Positions 23,528-35,445 are shown, counted from the stretch's first letter. The stretch: DNA of 39,368 bases from Octopus bimaculoides (GCF_001194135.2 NC_068986.1:84876342-84915709), one strand, 5' to 3'. Translations and numbers: made by a program. Notes: generated from the sequence alone by a model not told the origin.

Positions 23528-24196
23528 CAATAAGAAAATTGAGGGGAATATGAGGTACTCATCAACTTGCAGGCACTGTATTCCGTTGATTAATCTGTTT
23601 ATTTTATAACCAAAATGACAAAAACGATAATATACAGAAACTTATGACATACCATGTCATATCAACAATTAAGATTTCAAATTTAATGGACATCTAGCAA
23701 TTGTATATATNNNNNNNNNNNNNNNNNNNNNNNNNNNNNNNNNNNNNNNNNNNNNNNNNNNNNNNNNNNNNNNNNNNNNNNNNNNNNNNNNNNNNNNNNN
23801 NNNNNNNNNNNNNNNNNNNNNNNNNNNNNNNNNNNNNNNNNNNNNNNNNNNNNNNNNNNNNNNNNNNNNNNNNNNNNNNNNNNNNNNNNNNNNNNNNNNN
23901 NNNNNNNNNNNNNNNNNNNNNNNNNNNNNNNNNNNNNNNNNNNNNNNNNNNNNNNNNNNNNNNNNNNNNNNNNNNNNNNNNNNNNNNNNNNNNNNNNNNN
24001 NNNNNNNNNNNNNNNNNNNNNNNNNNNNNNNNNNNNNNNNNNNNNNNNNNNNNNNNNNNNNNNNNNNNNNNNNNNNNNNNNNNNNNTATGCATGTAACTC
24101 GCGGGCCTTGAGTAACTTCTGTATCTTTCTGGTGATATAAAGTAATATTAATAGAATATATATACATAAAACATGCTATAGTTCTGTTTATTTTGC
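23288..24196. repeat. Two inverted ~110-bp copies of an unidentified repeat (23288-23397 and 24088-24196) with microsatellites and a gap (N 23711-24086) between
   Basis: Shared gcaaaataaac..catgttttatgtatatatatt.tattaatattact..gttacatgcat. Confidence 0.7.
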
Positions 24197-24252
24197 AGAG
24201 ACACATGTGTATATATATATGTATATATATGTGTTTCTATGGGTGAGTGTGT

Positions 24253-24505
24253 GGAGGCGCGTGGCTTAGTGGTTAGGGTGTCAGCATCATGATCGTAAGA
24301 TTGTGGTTTCGATTCCTGGAGCGGACGATCCGTTGTGTTTTTGAGCAAAACTCTTCATTTCTTGTTGCTCCAGTCCACTCAGCAGGCAAAAATGAGTAAT
24401 GATGCGATGGACTATAGTCCCGTCCACCTGGGGAACACACACGCCATTGAAAGCGGGAAACCGGGCCCATGATCCAGGCTAGGCTTTAAAAATGGCGCAT
24501 TTATC
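24253..24505 (+). mobile_element. tRNA-derived SINE with a CORE-like central domain
   Basis: A-box-like tggcttagtgg, B-box-like ggtttcgattcc, then tgagcaaaact..gctccagtccactcagc..aaaatgagta and gcgatggact..cccgtcca. Confidence 0.8.
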
Positions 24506-26106
24506 TATTTTTTTTTATTCGTGAGTGTATCTGTGTATGTATGAATAATTGCAAAGACCATGCATCTTATTCACGATGAAATTCACAACTCCATTGTTTG
24601 ATATTTCATATTATTGATCTTCCTAGAATTGTTTTAATGGTGTGCCTTCTTCCTGCTCTCCTTAACAACAGGTTAGCTCTAAAAAGCAATTAAGTTAGCA
24701 ATTCGGAAACTAGGATTGTTTTGACACATTTGCTCCTCGAATATTCGTTTCCTCCTCCAGTTTCTCTAAAAATTCGATTGCTATTTTAAAAATATCACAT
24801 TATTTGTTGAATGGATCATTTTCAAGGTTGGCTTTATTTTGCCTATTTATGGATTCTTTGCCTCAAAATGGAGGAATTATGCCATTATGTAATTTATGAA
24901 TGCATGACTCCCTCAGCCTCATTCCTAACAGACACTGCCCCTTGTTCTCTCGGCCTTAGATATACAAAGATTTGATAAAACTAGTCTATAAATTAAAACT
25001 GACTCCATAAAACAGTGACAAGCAAAATCTGTAACAAGTCTTTCTTTCTGATACCTTAGTAGCTTCTAAGCTGAAGTGAAGGCAACATGTTCTTTGTCTA
25101 TCTCCTTACCTTCTTTGAGATTTTAGATAAAATTATACTCATGTGTCCATCTGTTTTAATTTAATCAAATTTTATGTCTTTATGCAGCTGAGGATTGCTC
25201 TGCAATTAAATTGATGAAATGGATGCATTGTTCAATTAAAGGGAGTTGCGTGAAACGATTGTACTGCATTACCTCTGGATATCCTTGTTGCTTATTTTGA
25301 TTATATATATATATATATATATATAAAGAAAACAGAAAATGGAGAAACTGATCATCATCAATTGACTTACCTCAATTATTATTTATTAATTCAATACAAA
25401 TAGACTGCAATTGAGTATAAGTGTATATTCCTAAATTAATTAAATGATTACATTATAACAGACGCCTAGAACTACTCAAAAAACGCCTGCTCAACTTTTT
25501 CAATAGATTCGGCCTTTCTACCACTATAGAGAATGAAAACTATTCAATCAACCACCTAGGCGTTAACTGTAATTCAAATACGGGACTACATGAGCCATAA
25601 ATAAAACGAAACTCTTAAAATATGTAAACACTGTAAGTAATAATCCACAATCGATAAAAAAGGCTCTTATAAATAGCATTAGTAAAATAATTTCCTCTAA
25701 TGAGGATCTATTGAATAAACATAAAGAACAATACAACAAGGCACTATAAGTCGCTGGATACAGAAGTAAAATTAAATATATTCCATGTAATAATATAATG
25801 ACTAATGATAATATTGATTACATTAGTAGCAATAATAAGGAATATAGAAATATACCTAAATTAAGCGATAAAGCACAGAAACCTATAGTCCACCAACACT
25901 ATCAAGAATAGAACTTGCACCACCAATAACAACAACAATAATAATGACAATAAAAATAATAATCAAATGATGAGAATGAAGCGCAGTAGAAATAATACCA
26001 ACAATATCACTAATCATGATGCCATCAACAACTTAAACTTTATAAGTAGAAACCTAGTGGTGGCACCACCAACTGTGGGACTAACGCGTATAACAGAGGT
26101 TATAAG

Positions 26107-26415
26107 ATGATTAATATAAATAAGCATATGCATAGCACTCATTACTCTAACAGAAATAAAATTGTATCGTATGGTAGGGATATTGGAGAAACGAAAGATA
26201 TTAATTGGCTTATACTCCCGTATGCTATACAAATTAAAACCAACTTGGTCAAAACTATATTTAAAATTATATATAAACACTTTGATAAGAATAGCAGGTA
26301 CTCGGAAATTATTAATAGTAAAATAATAAAGGTAGGTTACAGTCTTACAATTAACTTAGCTAGCATAATTTCCTCTTTAAGTAATAAAGAACTAGATATT
26401 TTTTTAGATAGAATT

Positions 26416-26454
<39 letters not shown>

Positions 26455-26883
26455 AATAATAATAATAACAAACCCCATAACCACTCCAAACCTAGTAATG
26501 ATAGTACCAACAACTATAATAACACTATCAATCATATTACACCTGTATACACCAAACCAGTAACTCTCCCCACGGCAGACCTTTATCGCAGCAGAAGTAA
26601 AGATAATTGCGCACTTAATACTTGTAAAAGAAAAGATGTAATTTACCAGTGCACAGTCACAACACAGTTTAGTAAACGTATGTATATAGGAACTACCCAA
26701 AACGAAATGAATCGAAGATTAGCCGCGCACCTACACAATTTCAGAAATAGAAATAAGATTAGCTCGACAGGATTAAGTAAATATATTGGGGATCTTAAAG
26801 ATAAACATATTAGATCTGATTTAAAATGGAAATTCATTGGTTCTGCACCTTCGTACAATGTAAAAAATAAGAAATGCAACTAG
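26107..26883 (+). pseudogene. Longest open remnant of the Penelope-like ORF (linker, in-frame poly-Asn, GIY-YIG)
   Basis: 258-aa ORF with VIY...YIG; homology continues past the stop at 26883. Confidence 0.75.
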
Positions 26884-28805
26884 TGCTTCAACGAAAAAAT
26901 GTTCATATTAGAGGCCAGACTCCCATTACTTAACTTGAGGGAAGAGTGAAAATGCTTGCTTGCAAAAAGGTATATTTATCTTCTCGAGATATAAATAATA
27001 TTAGGGACCCAATCTGCATCTTCCCTACTAATGGCACCCATAGCTCTTCATCATAAAAAATGGCAAAATTCGATTCTAAATGTTGGGATATATTACCTTA
27101 CATTTAAAGTTAATTTAATAGATACACGTACCTAGGTACCTTTTAGGTTTTCCAACATTAATATCCTTACACTAAATCCATCCGAGTTTAAAATTTCATC
27201 TCACACACATAATAACTAAACTATACTATGTAATATATTAATTTACTACTCAATTTAACCTTCACACCTTCTATAATTATATAACACCAGTTCTCTTAAC
27301 TCTTAACTTAAATTTAAACTATAGAGTGCACAAGTATCCATTACCCTACCATTAACCCCCCCCCCTTAATAGAACAATGGTGATCCACCTGAATAATTAA
27401 TGAATTTGTCTTTATTTTGCAACATATTTTACCTTTTTATACTAGTTGATAGCTTGTTTCTCTTAATTTGTTCTGAACCACTTTCAGTCAGCATTGGTCT
27501 ACTTCTCTTTAATGGATACTCCCTATTGAATTTACTCATTTCACAACCCCCATCTCGCACAACGTATAATCATTTAACTCTTTAATACTAACTTCACATC
27601 CTCTTTTAGTGATGTATTTACTTGCACGTGGTATTGCAGTTTGCGCTTATCAACTTGCTATTGTTATTGTTATGTGCATTAATATACGCATGGAAGTCCA
27701 GTTGTTGAAGCTTGCATATGTATGCGCCCATGCGTAGGTTAACGTAATAATATAAAATATACATTAAAATTGATTGAGCAAACTGCAGTGAGAACTTGCA
27801 TCTGTAATAATTATTTGCTAGTATTTAATTTGTAATGATTTAATTAATTTAGCGATATACTTATTTAATTGACCACTCGGCTGACTGATTTATTGACTGT
27901 TTAGCCAATTAGCTGTTTGGTCGTCTAGTCAGCTCACTGCTTAGACGCATTGGCTGGTAGTTCAGAAGTCTGATGTGTTTTATAATCTCCCAATTTTAGT
28001 CCACATACCCTAGTTATTACCTCCACTTAACCAAAAATATCCTCCTTAATATTCTCCTTAACTTTTCCTACGAATAGAGTCTGTTCATTGTTTACTAATT
28101 TCACATTCCTATTTTATGTTTTTAAAAAGCTTTTGGGCCAGTCCCCCACCAACCGTCTTAATTCCTAAATGTCCAATAGGTACATATTAATGATATTACC
28201 AACCTTGTTTATTCAATAACATTGTATTTGTTTAGTTTTGTATATAATATCCTAAGCGTTTCCGGACCCCTACAACATATACCACTTTTCCATTCATTTA
28301 TTTATTTATCTCAATCCGTATAACGGTCTTAATAGCTGGTCCTTTGTTTTCAAATTTTAACTGACCTATTATATAGAACGCTGGACTTTGGTCTATCCCA
28401 CTTCGGCCAAAGGTGGTTGGGCTTAATCTTCTACGAGCAAGTAAATAATTGCACTTAATCGTTTGGCACTTTATTATGATAAATACAATTAATTAGTACT
28501 ATAAACATAATTATTAAAAATTATTATGATTATTTGAAAACCTTAATGTACCTTCACGCCCTTTCTCATAAAACATATTGGCGTATCCCGTTATTATTAC
28601 TTTTTTTATTTTTACTTTTTTTATTACTTATCCACCTTATGCCCCACCGTAGAAAGATTTAACCCACCAAATACTATTTTAAGTTTAGTCATTTACTCAA
28701 CGTCCCAAAGAGATACACAAGCAAAATAGTATGATTATTATCATATTCAGCCTTTCCTTTACTTCTCTAGGCTCTTCTTCTTTACTTATATTTATTTATT
28801 TATTC

Positions 28806-28924
28806 TTCACTCCGATGAAGCTCCATGTTCCAGATCAGTTTTATTACTAAATATGATCAGTAGCTTTTAGCATATCAGTGACAATACCATATAACATTGG
28901 AAGCAGAAACAGCTGTTAGATGGT
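28806..28924 (+). ncRNA. Degenerate type I hammerhead ribozyme-like motif in the Penelope 3' region
   Basis: CCGAUGA (28812-28818; consensus CUGANGA), a long imperfect stem II (gctccatgtt / aacattggaagc), GAAAC (28906-28910), palindromic ACAGCUGU and cleavage triplet GUU. Stem I is weak. Confidence 0.5.
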
Positions 28925-29194
28925 ATTCTGTCTATTTGTATTGAATTAGTAAACAGTACTTGATTAAGTCAATTGGTGTTGATCAATATTGCTCCATTTT
29001 CTGTGTTCTTTCAATTTTGATTCCTGATAAGCTCATGTTTATCCTTATCGTTACCTATAATATATGAGCATAATATGCTTGCATACGTATGCCCGTGGTT
29101 AAACATAGGTAATATACCAGTAGTATAATGCATATTTTTTTATCCCTTAGACGGTTATTTCAACCTCTAACTCTGCGATCATATATATATGTAG

Positions 29195-29340
29195 TAGTAG
29201 GAGCGGGTGTGTGGTAAGTAGCTTGCTTACCAACGATATGGTTTTGGGCTCAGTCCCACTGTGTGACACCTTAGACAAGTGTCTTCTACTACAGCCTCGG
29301 ACTACCAAAGCCTTGTGAGACGGAAACTGAAAGAAGTCTG

Positions 29341-29345
<5 letters not shown>
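29195..29345 (+). mobile_element. tRNA-derived SINE, family also present at 38183
   Basis: gtgtggtaagtagcttgcttacc..ttcagtcccactg..aagtgtcttctactacagcctcgg..aaagccttgtgag..gacggaaactgaaagaag, followed by (TA)n. Confidence 0.8.
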
Positions 29346-29378
<33 letters not shown>

Positions 29379-29866
29379 ATAAGAGTGGAAAAACTACAGA
29401 AGGCTTGTGTTACTTGGTTAAAGTATATATTTAAATTATGTCAGAAAAATGTTAGAAAAATGTTATAAAATNNNNNNNNNNNNNNNNNNNNNNNNNNNNN
29501 NNNNNNNNNNNNNNNNNNNNNNNNNNNNNNNNNNNNNNNNNNNNNNNNNNNNNNNNNNNNNNNNNNNNNNNNNNNNNNNNNNNNNNNNNNNNNNNNNNNN
29601 NNNNNNNNNNNNNNNNNNNNNNNNNNNNNNNNNNNNNNNNNNNNNNNNNNNNNNNAATATTCAATATTTCATTTATTCAATAAGACATTCAATAATTCAT
29701 TTCATTTTACTATATATACTATATATTCCATATTCTATATCCCACATTAATTTTATAAGAATATAAATAAAACATAAAAAACAGACAGAGTTGGAATTCT
29801 TTTGAATAATATATTCCACTATACACTATTATACAACTCCCTTTCAAAAAAAAAAATAAAGTTTTC

Positions 29867-29932
<66 letters not shown>
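29867..29932. repeat. (TA)n(GT)n microsatellite
   Basis: Directly visible. Confidence 0.95.
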
Positions 29933-29934
<2 letters not shown>

Positions 29935-31371
29935 TTGTACATAAGGGGTAACGAACGATAAAATTGTGAGGCTGTGAGACAAGAAGTTGAGTTAGTAGAC
30001 TGATATATTTGCAGATCAAATATGCACACAAATTATTATAGTATATAGCTAATAGAGAATATTATGAAGTTTCTTTTCTAATATCATTCTTATCCCTTCG
30101 TTGTTTCTATCGAAGTTTGAAAGATGATACAGAGATTGGTGAAAAACAGACATTTGAAACCGTAACTAAATTTAAACTTGCGTCAGACAATTTTATTTAG
30201 TTACTGTGTTATTTTACGTTGGCTAAATTACAATACGAACACGAAGGTGAATACTACTCATTCGTCTCTCTCTTAGAAAGTAGAGATTTAAGAAAAGGAA
30301 GTAACAAAATTAAGTGGAGGAAAATTGGAAATGAATTGCTCGAGAGTTTGTAACGTAAAAGAAAGAGAAGGAAAATAACCCGTTACCGGGATAGTTCAGC
30401 AAAAATATGAGGTACGTATAGATTTTTTATTAGTGTACCACAATGTACTGTCTTGAAGCTTTGAAGAGTGAAGTTGGTGTTCAAGTATGTTTGTTAGCGC
30501 AAGTTTGTGTTTGTATATATAGTATATATACTTAAACACACGCACAAACACACACACACATATATATATATATAATATATATGAATACATTTATGTATAT
30601 ATGTATATATATATATATATNNNNNNNNNNNNNNNNNNNNNNNNNNNNNNNNNNNNNNNNNNNNNNNNNNNNNNNNNNNNNNNNNNNNNNNNNNNNNNNN
30701 NNNNNNNNNNNNNNNNNNNNNNNNNNNNNNNNNNNNNNNNNNNNNNNNNNNNNNNNNNNNNNNNNNNNNNNNNNNNNNNNNNNNNNNNNNNNNNNNNNNN
30801 NNNNNNNNNNNNNNNNNNNNNNNNNNNNNNNNNNNNNNNNNNNNNNNNNNNNNNNNNNNNNNNNNNNNNNNNNNNNNNNNNNNNNNNNNNNNNNNNNNNN
30901 NNNNNNNNNNNNNNNNNNNNNNNNNNNNNNNNNNNNNNNNNNNNNNNNNNNNNNNNNNNNNNNNNNNNNNNNNNNNNNNNNNNNNNNNNNNNNNNNNNNN
31001 NNNNNNNNNNNNNNNNNNNNNNNNNNNNNNNNNNNNNNNNNNNNNNNNNNNNNNNNNNNNNNNNNNNNNNNNNNNNNNNNNNNNNNNNNNNNNNNNNNNN
31101 NNNNNNNNNNNNNNNNNNNNNNNNNNNNNNNNNNNNNNNNNNNNNNNNNNNNNNNNNNNNNNNNNNNNNNNNNNNNNNNNNNNNNNNNNNNNNNNNNNNN
31201 NNNNNNNNNNNNNNNNNNNNNNNNNNNNNNNNNNNNNNNNNNNNNNNNNNNNNNNNNNNNNNNNNNNNNNNNNNNNNNNNNNNNNNNNNNNNNNNNNNNN
31301 NNNNNNNNNNNNNNNNNNNNNNNNNNNNNNTATATATGCATGCATGTACATATTTATGTGTGTGCCTGTGT

Positions 31372-31575
31372 GTCTGTATTTGTCACCCCACCTTGGCAAC
31401 CGATGCTGATATTTTTATGTACCAGTAAACTAGCGGTTCGCCAAAACAATGGATAAAATACGTACTAGGCATAAAAAGAATACGTTCTGTGGTCAATTTG
31501 TTTGGCTAAAATCCTTTTAGGTGGTGTTCCAGCACTGCTGCAGCCAAATGAATAAAAAACTGTAAAAGAATAAAA
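31372..31575 (+). mobile_element. SINE fragment, family of 19793
   Basis: aactagcggttcg..tacgtactaggc..ggtcaatttg..ggtggtgttccagca..aaaagaataaaagaa. Confidence 0.65.
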
Positions 31576-31788
31576 GAAAATACGCACACATACACACACA
31601 CAAACATGGAAATTGATTTGTGAATGTATGTATGTATGTAAGGATGGATGCATATGTTTATTTATTCATGTATGACTGTATATATGTANNNNNNNNNNNN
31701 NNNNNNNNNNNNNNNNNNNNNNNNNNNNNNNNNNNNNNNNNNNNNNNNNNNNNNNNNNNNNNNNNNNNNNNNNNNNNNNNNNNNNNNN

Positions 31789-32428
31789 GGTTCTATGTCA
31801 TCAGATGTAACAACTGATGCTCCATTAAAGCACAACACCTCACATCCCGCCACACAATATTCAAATATTTCCATGTCGTCAGATCTAACAACTGATGCTC
31901 CATTAACACACAACACCACACATCCCGCCACACAATATTCAAGATCTTCTATGTCATCAGATGTAACAACTGACGTTCCTTCCACAGAGAACACCATACA
32001 CCCCTCAGCACAATATTCATCACCCTCTATGTCATTAGATGTAACAACAATTGTCCCATCACAAGACGAAGCAACACCTTCCTCAGCACAATATTCAACT
32101 GCCTCTGTATCATCAGATGTAACAACAATCACTATATCAACAGACGAATCTACACCGCCCTCAACACAATACTCAACAGACTCCATGACGCCAGATGTAA
32201 CAGCCATCAACCTTTCAACAGACGAAACCATAAATCCCTCAGCACAATATTCAACATTGTCTATGTCATCAGACGTAACAAGTATTGCCCCATCGACGGA
32301 GAATACTACGCGTCCCTCAACACAATATTCAAGCTCCTCCATGAAAAGCGATATAACAACTGACACTCTATCAACAAATAAGGCATTACATACCACGACA
32401 GCAAGTTTTTCAACATCACTGAATAATG
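31789..32428 (+). CDS. Mucin-like gene, Ser/Thr/Pro-rich tandem-repeat exon (5' end lost in gap N 31689-31788)
   Basis: Open for over 210 codons, with about eight 26-aa units (SMSSDVTTDAPLTHNTTHPATQYSxx). Ends at a phase-1 donor G|GTATGT (GT at 32429). Confidence 0.8.
31792..32380 (+). repeat. 78-bp coding minisatellite, about 8 units
   Basis: Units start at 31792, 31870, 31948, 32026, 32104, 32182, 32260 and 32338. Confidence 0.9.
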
Positions 32429-33087
32429 GTATGTATATAACCACTACCTATCGAACTTGATTCAAATTAAATACTGTCACCCTAAATTAGTTTAACGCAG
32501 AATTACAGCATGTGTTGCCAAATGTGAGTTTCATATTTGCCCTCCTTTCCATATTGAATTAATTTTATTCAAGCGTATATCCTTTGTTGACACCTTTATT
32601 TTGTGTCACCGTATAGGTTGTACCCAGAACTTGAGATGCAATATTACTGCTTTATCATTAGAATTTTTACTTAATATTTCTGTATGAAACTGCCTGTTTT
32701 TATACACATTTTGGTTACATTTATATATATCTAAATATTGTAGCGTTTCCTTGAAATATAGTCAACATTTTTCTATATAATGTAGCACCCTCATAACATG
32801 CATCAATTATTGTCTTTCACTCTACGCATATGTTTTCCTAGTAAAACTCATAGCATTTGGTCACCTTAAAATACCCTTAGTAGCACTTCTTAACATATAT
32901 ACTTCAGTTATCTTAACTATATTACGTACCTCGCAGTTCCCAACGTCTTCCTTATGTATATTTCCTCGAACGTAGATTTGGTGAAGAAAAAAAAACAAAC
33001 TAATTAGGACAGTAAATCATAGAAATTTCGAAATCAACCTGTTATACGTTAGGACGATTTTATATAACGTTTTTTTATTTGTCTTAG

Positions 33088-33223
33088 GAACCAATGCAGC
33101 TTCAACAGCATTTTCTACTTCTCTTACTGAAACCACATTTCACGAAACCTCTACTTTGTCGACTTTAAATCCTACAACACAACACACTGCACAGATATCT
33201 ACACAAATAGCACCAAAACATTG
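33088..33223 (+). CDS. Mucin-like gene, next Ser/Thr-rich exon (3' end runs into gap N 33224-33549)
   Basis: Acceptor ttttttatttgtcttAG (33086-33087). The phase-1 join continues the frame: GTNAASTAFSTSLTETTFHETSTLSTLNPTTQHTAQISTQIAPKH. Confidence 0.7.
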
Positions 33224-33549
33224 NNNNNNNNNNNNNNNNNNNNNNNNNNNNNNNNNNNNNNNNNNNNNNNNNNNNNNNNNNNNNNNNNNNNNNNNNNNNN
33301 NNNNNNNNNNNNNNNNNNNNNNNNNNNNNNNNNNNNNNNNNNNNNNNNNNNNNNNNNNNNNNNNNNNNNNNNNNNNNNNNNNNNNNNNNNNNNNNNNNNN
33401 NNNNNNNNNNNNNNNNNNNNNNNNNNNNNNNNNNNNNNNNNNNNNNNNNNNNNNNNNNNNNNNNNNNNNNNNNNNNNNNNNNNNNNNNNNNNNNNNNNNN
33501 NNNNNNNNNNNNNNNNNNNNNNNNNNNNNNNNNNNNNNNNNNNNNNNNN

Positions 33550-33583
<34 letters not shown>

Positions 33584-33872
33584 AATATATGAGTATATGC
33601 ATATATATGTACATGTATGTACATGCCTTCATTCACATGTACACATAGATACATAACTGGGTACATGACGTGACAAAAGAACATGGACAAAATGATAAAC
33701 AAGGTACAACAAACAAGCAAGCCACATAGAAACATCTCAGATAGATAGATAGATAGATAGATAGAGAAATAGATATTTGAGTTTATGTGATTGTGTATAG
33801 AAGTATATATTAATAAATGAAATTCCATCTTAGTCTTATTATTTACAATGTTTACAAGTTGACAATATTGAA

Positions 33873-33914
33873 ATAAACTATTACGTTCATGCGTTACGCA
33901 ATCATCAGGTTTAT
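33873..33914 (-). ncRNA. Minimal hammerhead ribozyme-like motif, degenerate
   Basis: Minus strand reads ATAAAC CTGATGA T TGCG TAA CGCA T GAAC GTAATA GTTTAT: 6-bp stem I, exact CUGAUGA and 4-bp stem II. GAAA lacks one A and stem III is imperfect. Confidence 0.45.
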
Positions 33915-34279
33915 GTAGTGACGGTCGCGTCCCCATCTGTAGTGAAATGGTTAGATTTTTCCTTTAAATACCTTCCGATGGGCTCCTGCAGGCTGAATCC
34001 TATGAACTGTATTTTGATCTATCAGTATGTGGCTTAGATGTCACGGTGAATCCACCAGTTTGGTTAGCATTTATTCCGCTTTTTTTCAACTAGATATTTT
34101 AATCAATTAGTGTACGGCCTCGATGTCACGGCTTGGTGGTAATCACGGATTCTTTACTTTGACTGTAATTAAAAGAATTACTTGGCTATATTTTGGAATT
34201 TTATAAAGAACATACCTGTTTTCATTGAGTTCTGTCGTTACAATTTTGATATGGTTAACACTACTACCATCCTCACCAT

Positions 34280-34405
34280 CGCCTTTATTATTGTTGTTAG
34301 TGGTGGCGGTAGTAGTAGTAGTAGTAGTAAAAGCAGTAGTACTTATCATTATTAATATTAACATCATTGAAATTATTACCCTCACTATAACTCTTATTAT
34401 TATTA
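34280..34405. repeat. Degenerate trinucleotide repeats (TAG/ATT/GGT)
   Basis: Directly visible. Confidence 0.75.
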
Positions 34406-34416
34406 TTGTGCATTTA

Positions 34417-34630
34417 AAGGTGGAAAGCTGGCAGAAGCGTTACCACGTCGGGCGAATTGCTTAGCAATACTTCGTCTGTCTTTACGTTCTGAGTTCACAT
34501 TCCGCCTAGGTCAACTTTGCCTTTCATCCTTTCGGGGTCGATTAAATAAGTACCAGTTACGCACTGGGGTCAATGTAATTGACTTAATCTCTTCCCCCGT
34601 ATATGAGGCCTTGTGCTTCCCGTTGAAAGG
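34417..34630 (+). mobile_element. tRNA-derived SINE, best-preserved copy of the 5902/21660 family
   Basis: agctggcagaagcgtta head, ctgagttcacattcc B-box-like segment and a body shared with 5902-6110. Confidence 0.85.
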
Positions 34631-34639
34631 TTTATTACT

Positions 34640-35445
34640 GTCCATTAAAAAGGGTTTGAATTTATCAATAAAATTTATTCTCTGACTTTTCTCTCGACTT
34701 TCCTTGCGTTGTGTGAATGGGAATATTATAATTTTTTTATGACCATATGTTGCCAGATGGTTGCTTAAACGGATGTGACGGACATCAAGGTGCCTAATTT
34801 GCTGTATGTGCACACGTGATCGTTCTGATAATGCATTCTCTGTCTGACCAATTTATATCTCTTCACATTTGATGCAATATATTAAATTTCAGCTTCTGCA
34901 GTTCATATTTGCATTTGTAAATATTCCTTCGTTTTTTTTTTTTTTTTGTGTGTGTTCATATATTGACCGGTGTGTATGAACTGATATGTACCACATCAGC
35001 TATCACTGCATTTAGATACAATCAATGATTCGTCATTGTTGCCGAGGTCAAAATTTGCCGTTGTTAATGACTGTTTCAAGTTCTTCGGCTGCCTTTTACT
35101 TAGAATCATAGCTCGATCCGTGGTTATGTCCTTTAATTGATTACTTTGAGCAAAGATCGGCAAGTTTGCTTTGGTAATGCTAAAGATATTTTGGTGAGAC
35201 GATTGAGTATGACTTGTATTTGTTTTGATCGTGTTTTGGGCTGCCCAATGTCGTATGGATATTTCTATAGCACGTTCTATAGCACCATTTTCTTTAAGTA
35301 GAGACGGATATTTATGTTTGAGAAGAAATTCTTTAGTTCTGTTAGGTGTTTGTCTCTGATATTCATATCTTCTACATTGGTACAAATATTTCTGGCCAGG
35401 TACTATGGGATATTGAATTTTGTACATGTTGAATGGCACGATTTA
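34640..35445 (-). mobile_element. Second Penelope-like element fragment (thumb, linker and GIY-YIG with CCHH-type motif)
   Basis: PFN..KEFLLKHKYP..MILSKRQPKNLKQSLT.ANF..KCSDS*CGT..NCRS*NLIYCIKC..IGQTENALSERSRVH..LSNHL..FIDKFKP. Confidence 0.8.

Larger units (their letters stand above)
25325..29015 (+). mobile_element. Penelope-like element: inverted terminal segment, partial RT, Asn-rich linker, C-terminal GIY-YIG endonuclease and long 3' region with hammerhead-like motif
   Basis: RT end and thumb (FFNRFGLSTTIE..KYVNTVSNNPQSIKKAL..YNKAL*VAGY), INWLILPY..KHFDKNSRY..IKVGYS, and EN DNCALNTC..DVIYQCTV..MYIGTT..LSKYI..KW..YNVKNKKCN*CFNEK. 25325-25405 is the reverse complement of 28930-29011. Confidence 0.8.

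Noticed and set aside
24253-24325. tRNA-like sequence
   Set aside because: It has A/B boxes but continues into a SINE body with no complete cloverleaf, so it is called a SINE head.
30407-30417. ATGAG|GTACGT as a possible first coding exon of the mucin gene
   Set aside because: Too short to support, and two gaps separate it from the first real exon.
31662-32444. 260-aa minus-strand Val/Glu/Cys-rich ORF
   Set aside because: Antisense shadow of the 78-bp mucin repeat; the splice signals and composition support the plus strand.
32617-32690. Possible small exon after tatAG (GCTQNLRCNITAL)
   Set aside because: No clear donor before the stop codon, and the 32428-to-33088 join already keeps the frame.
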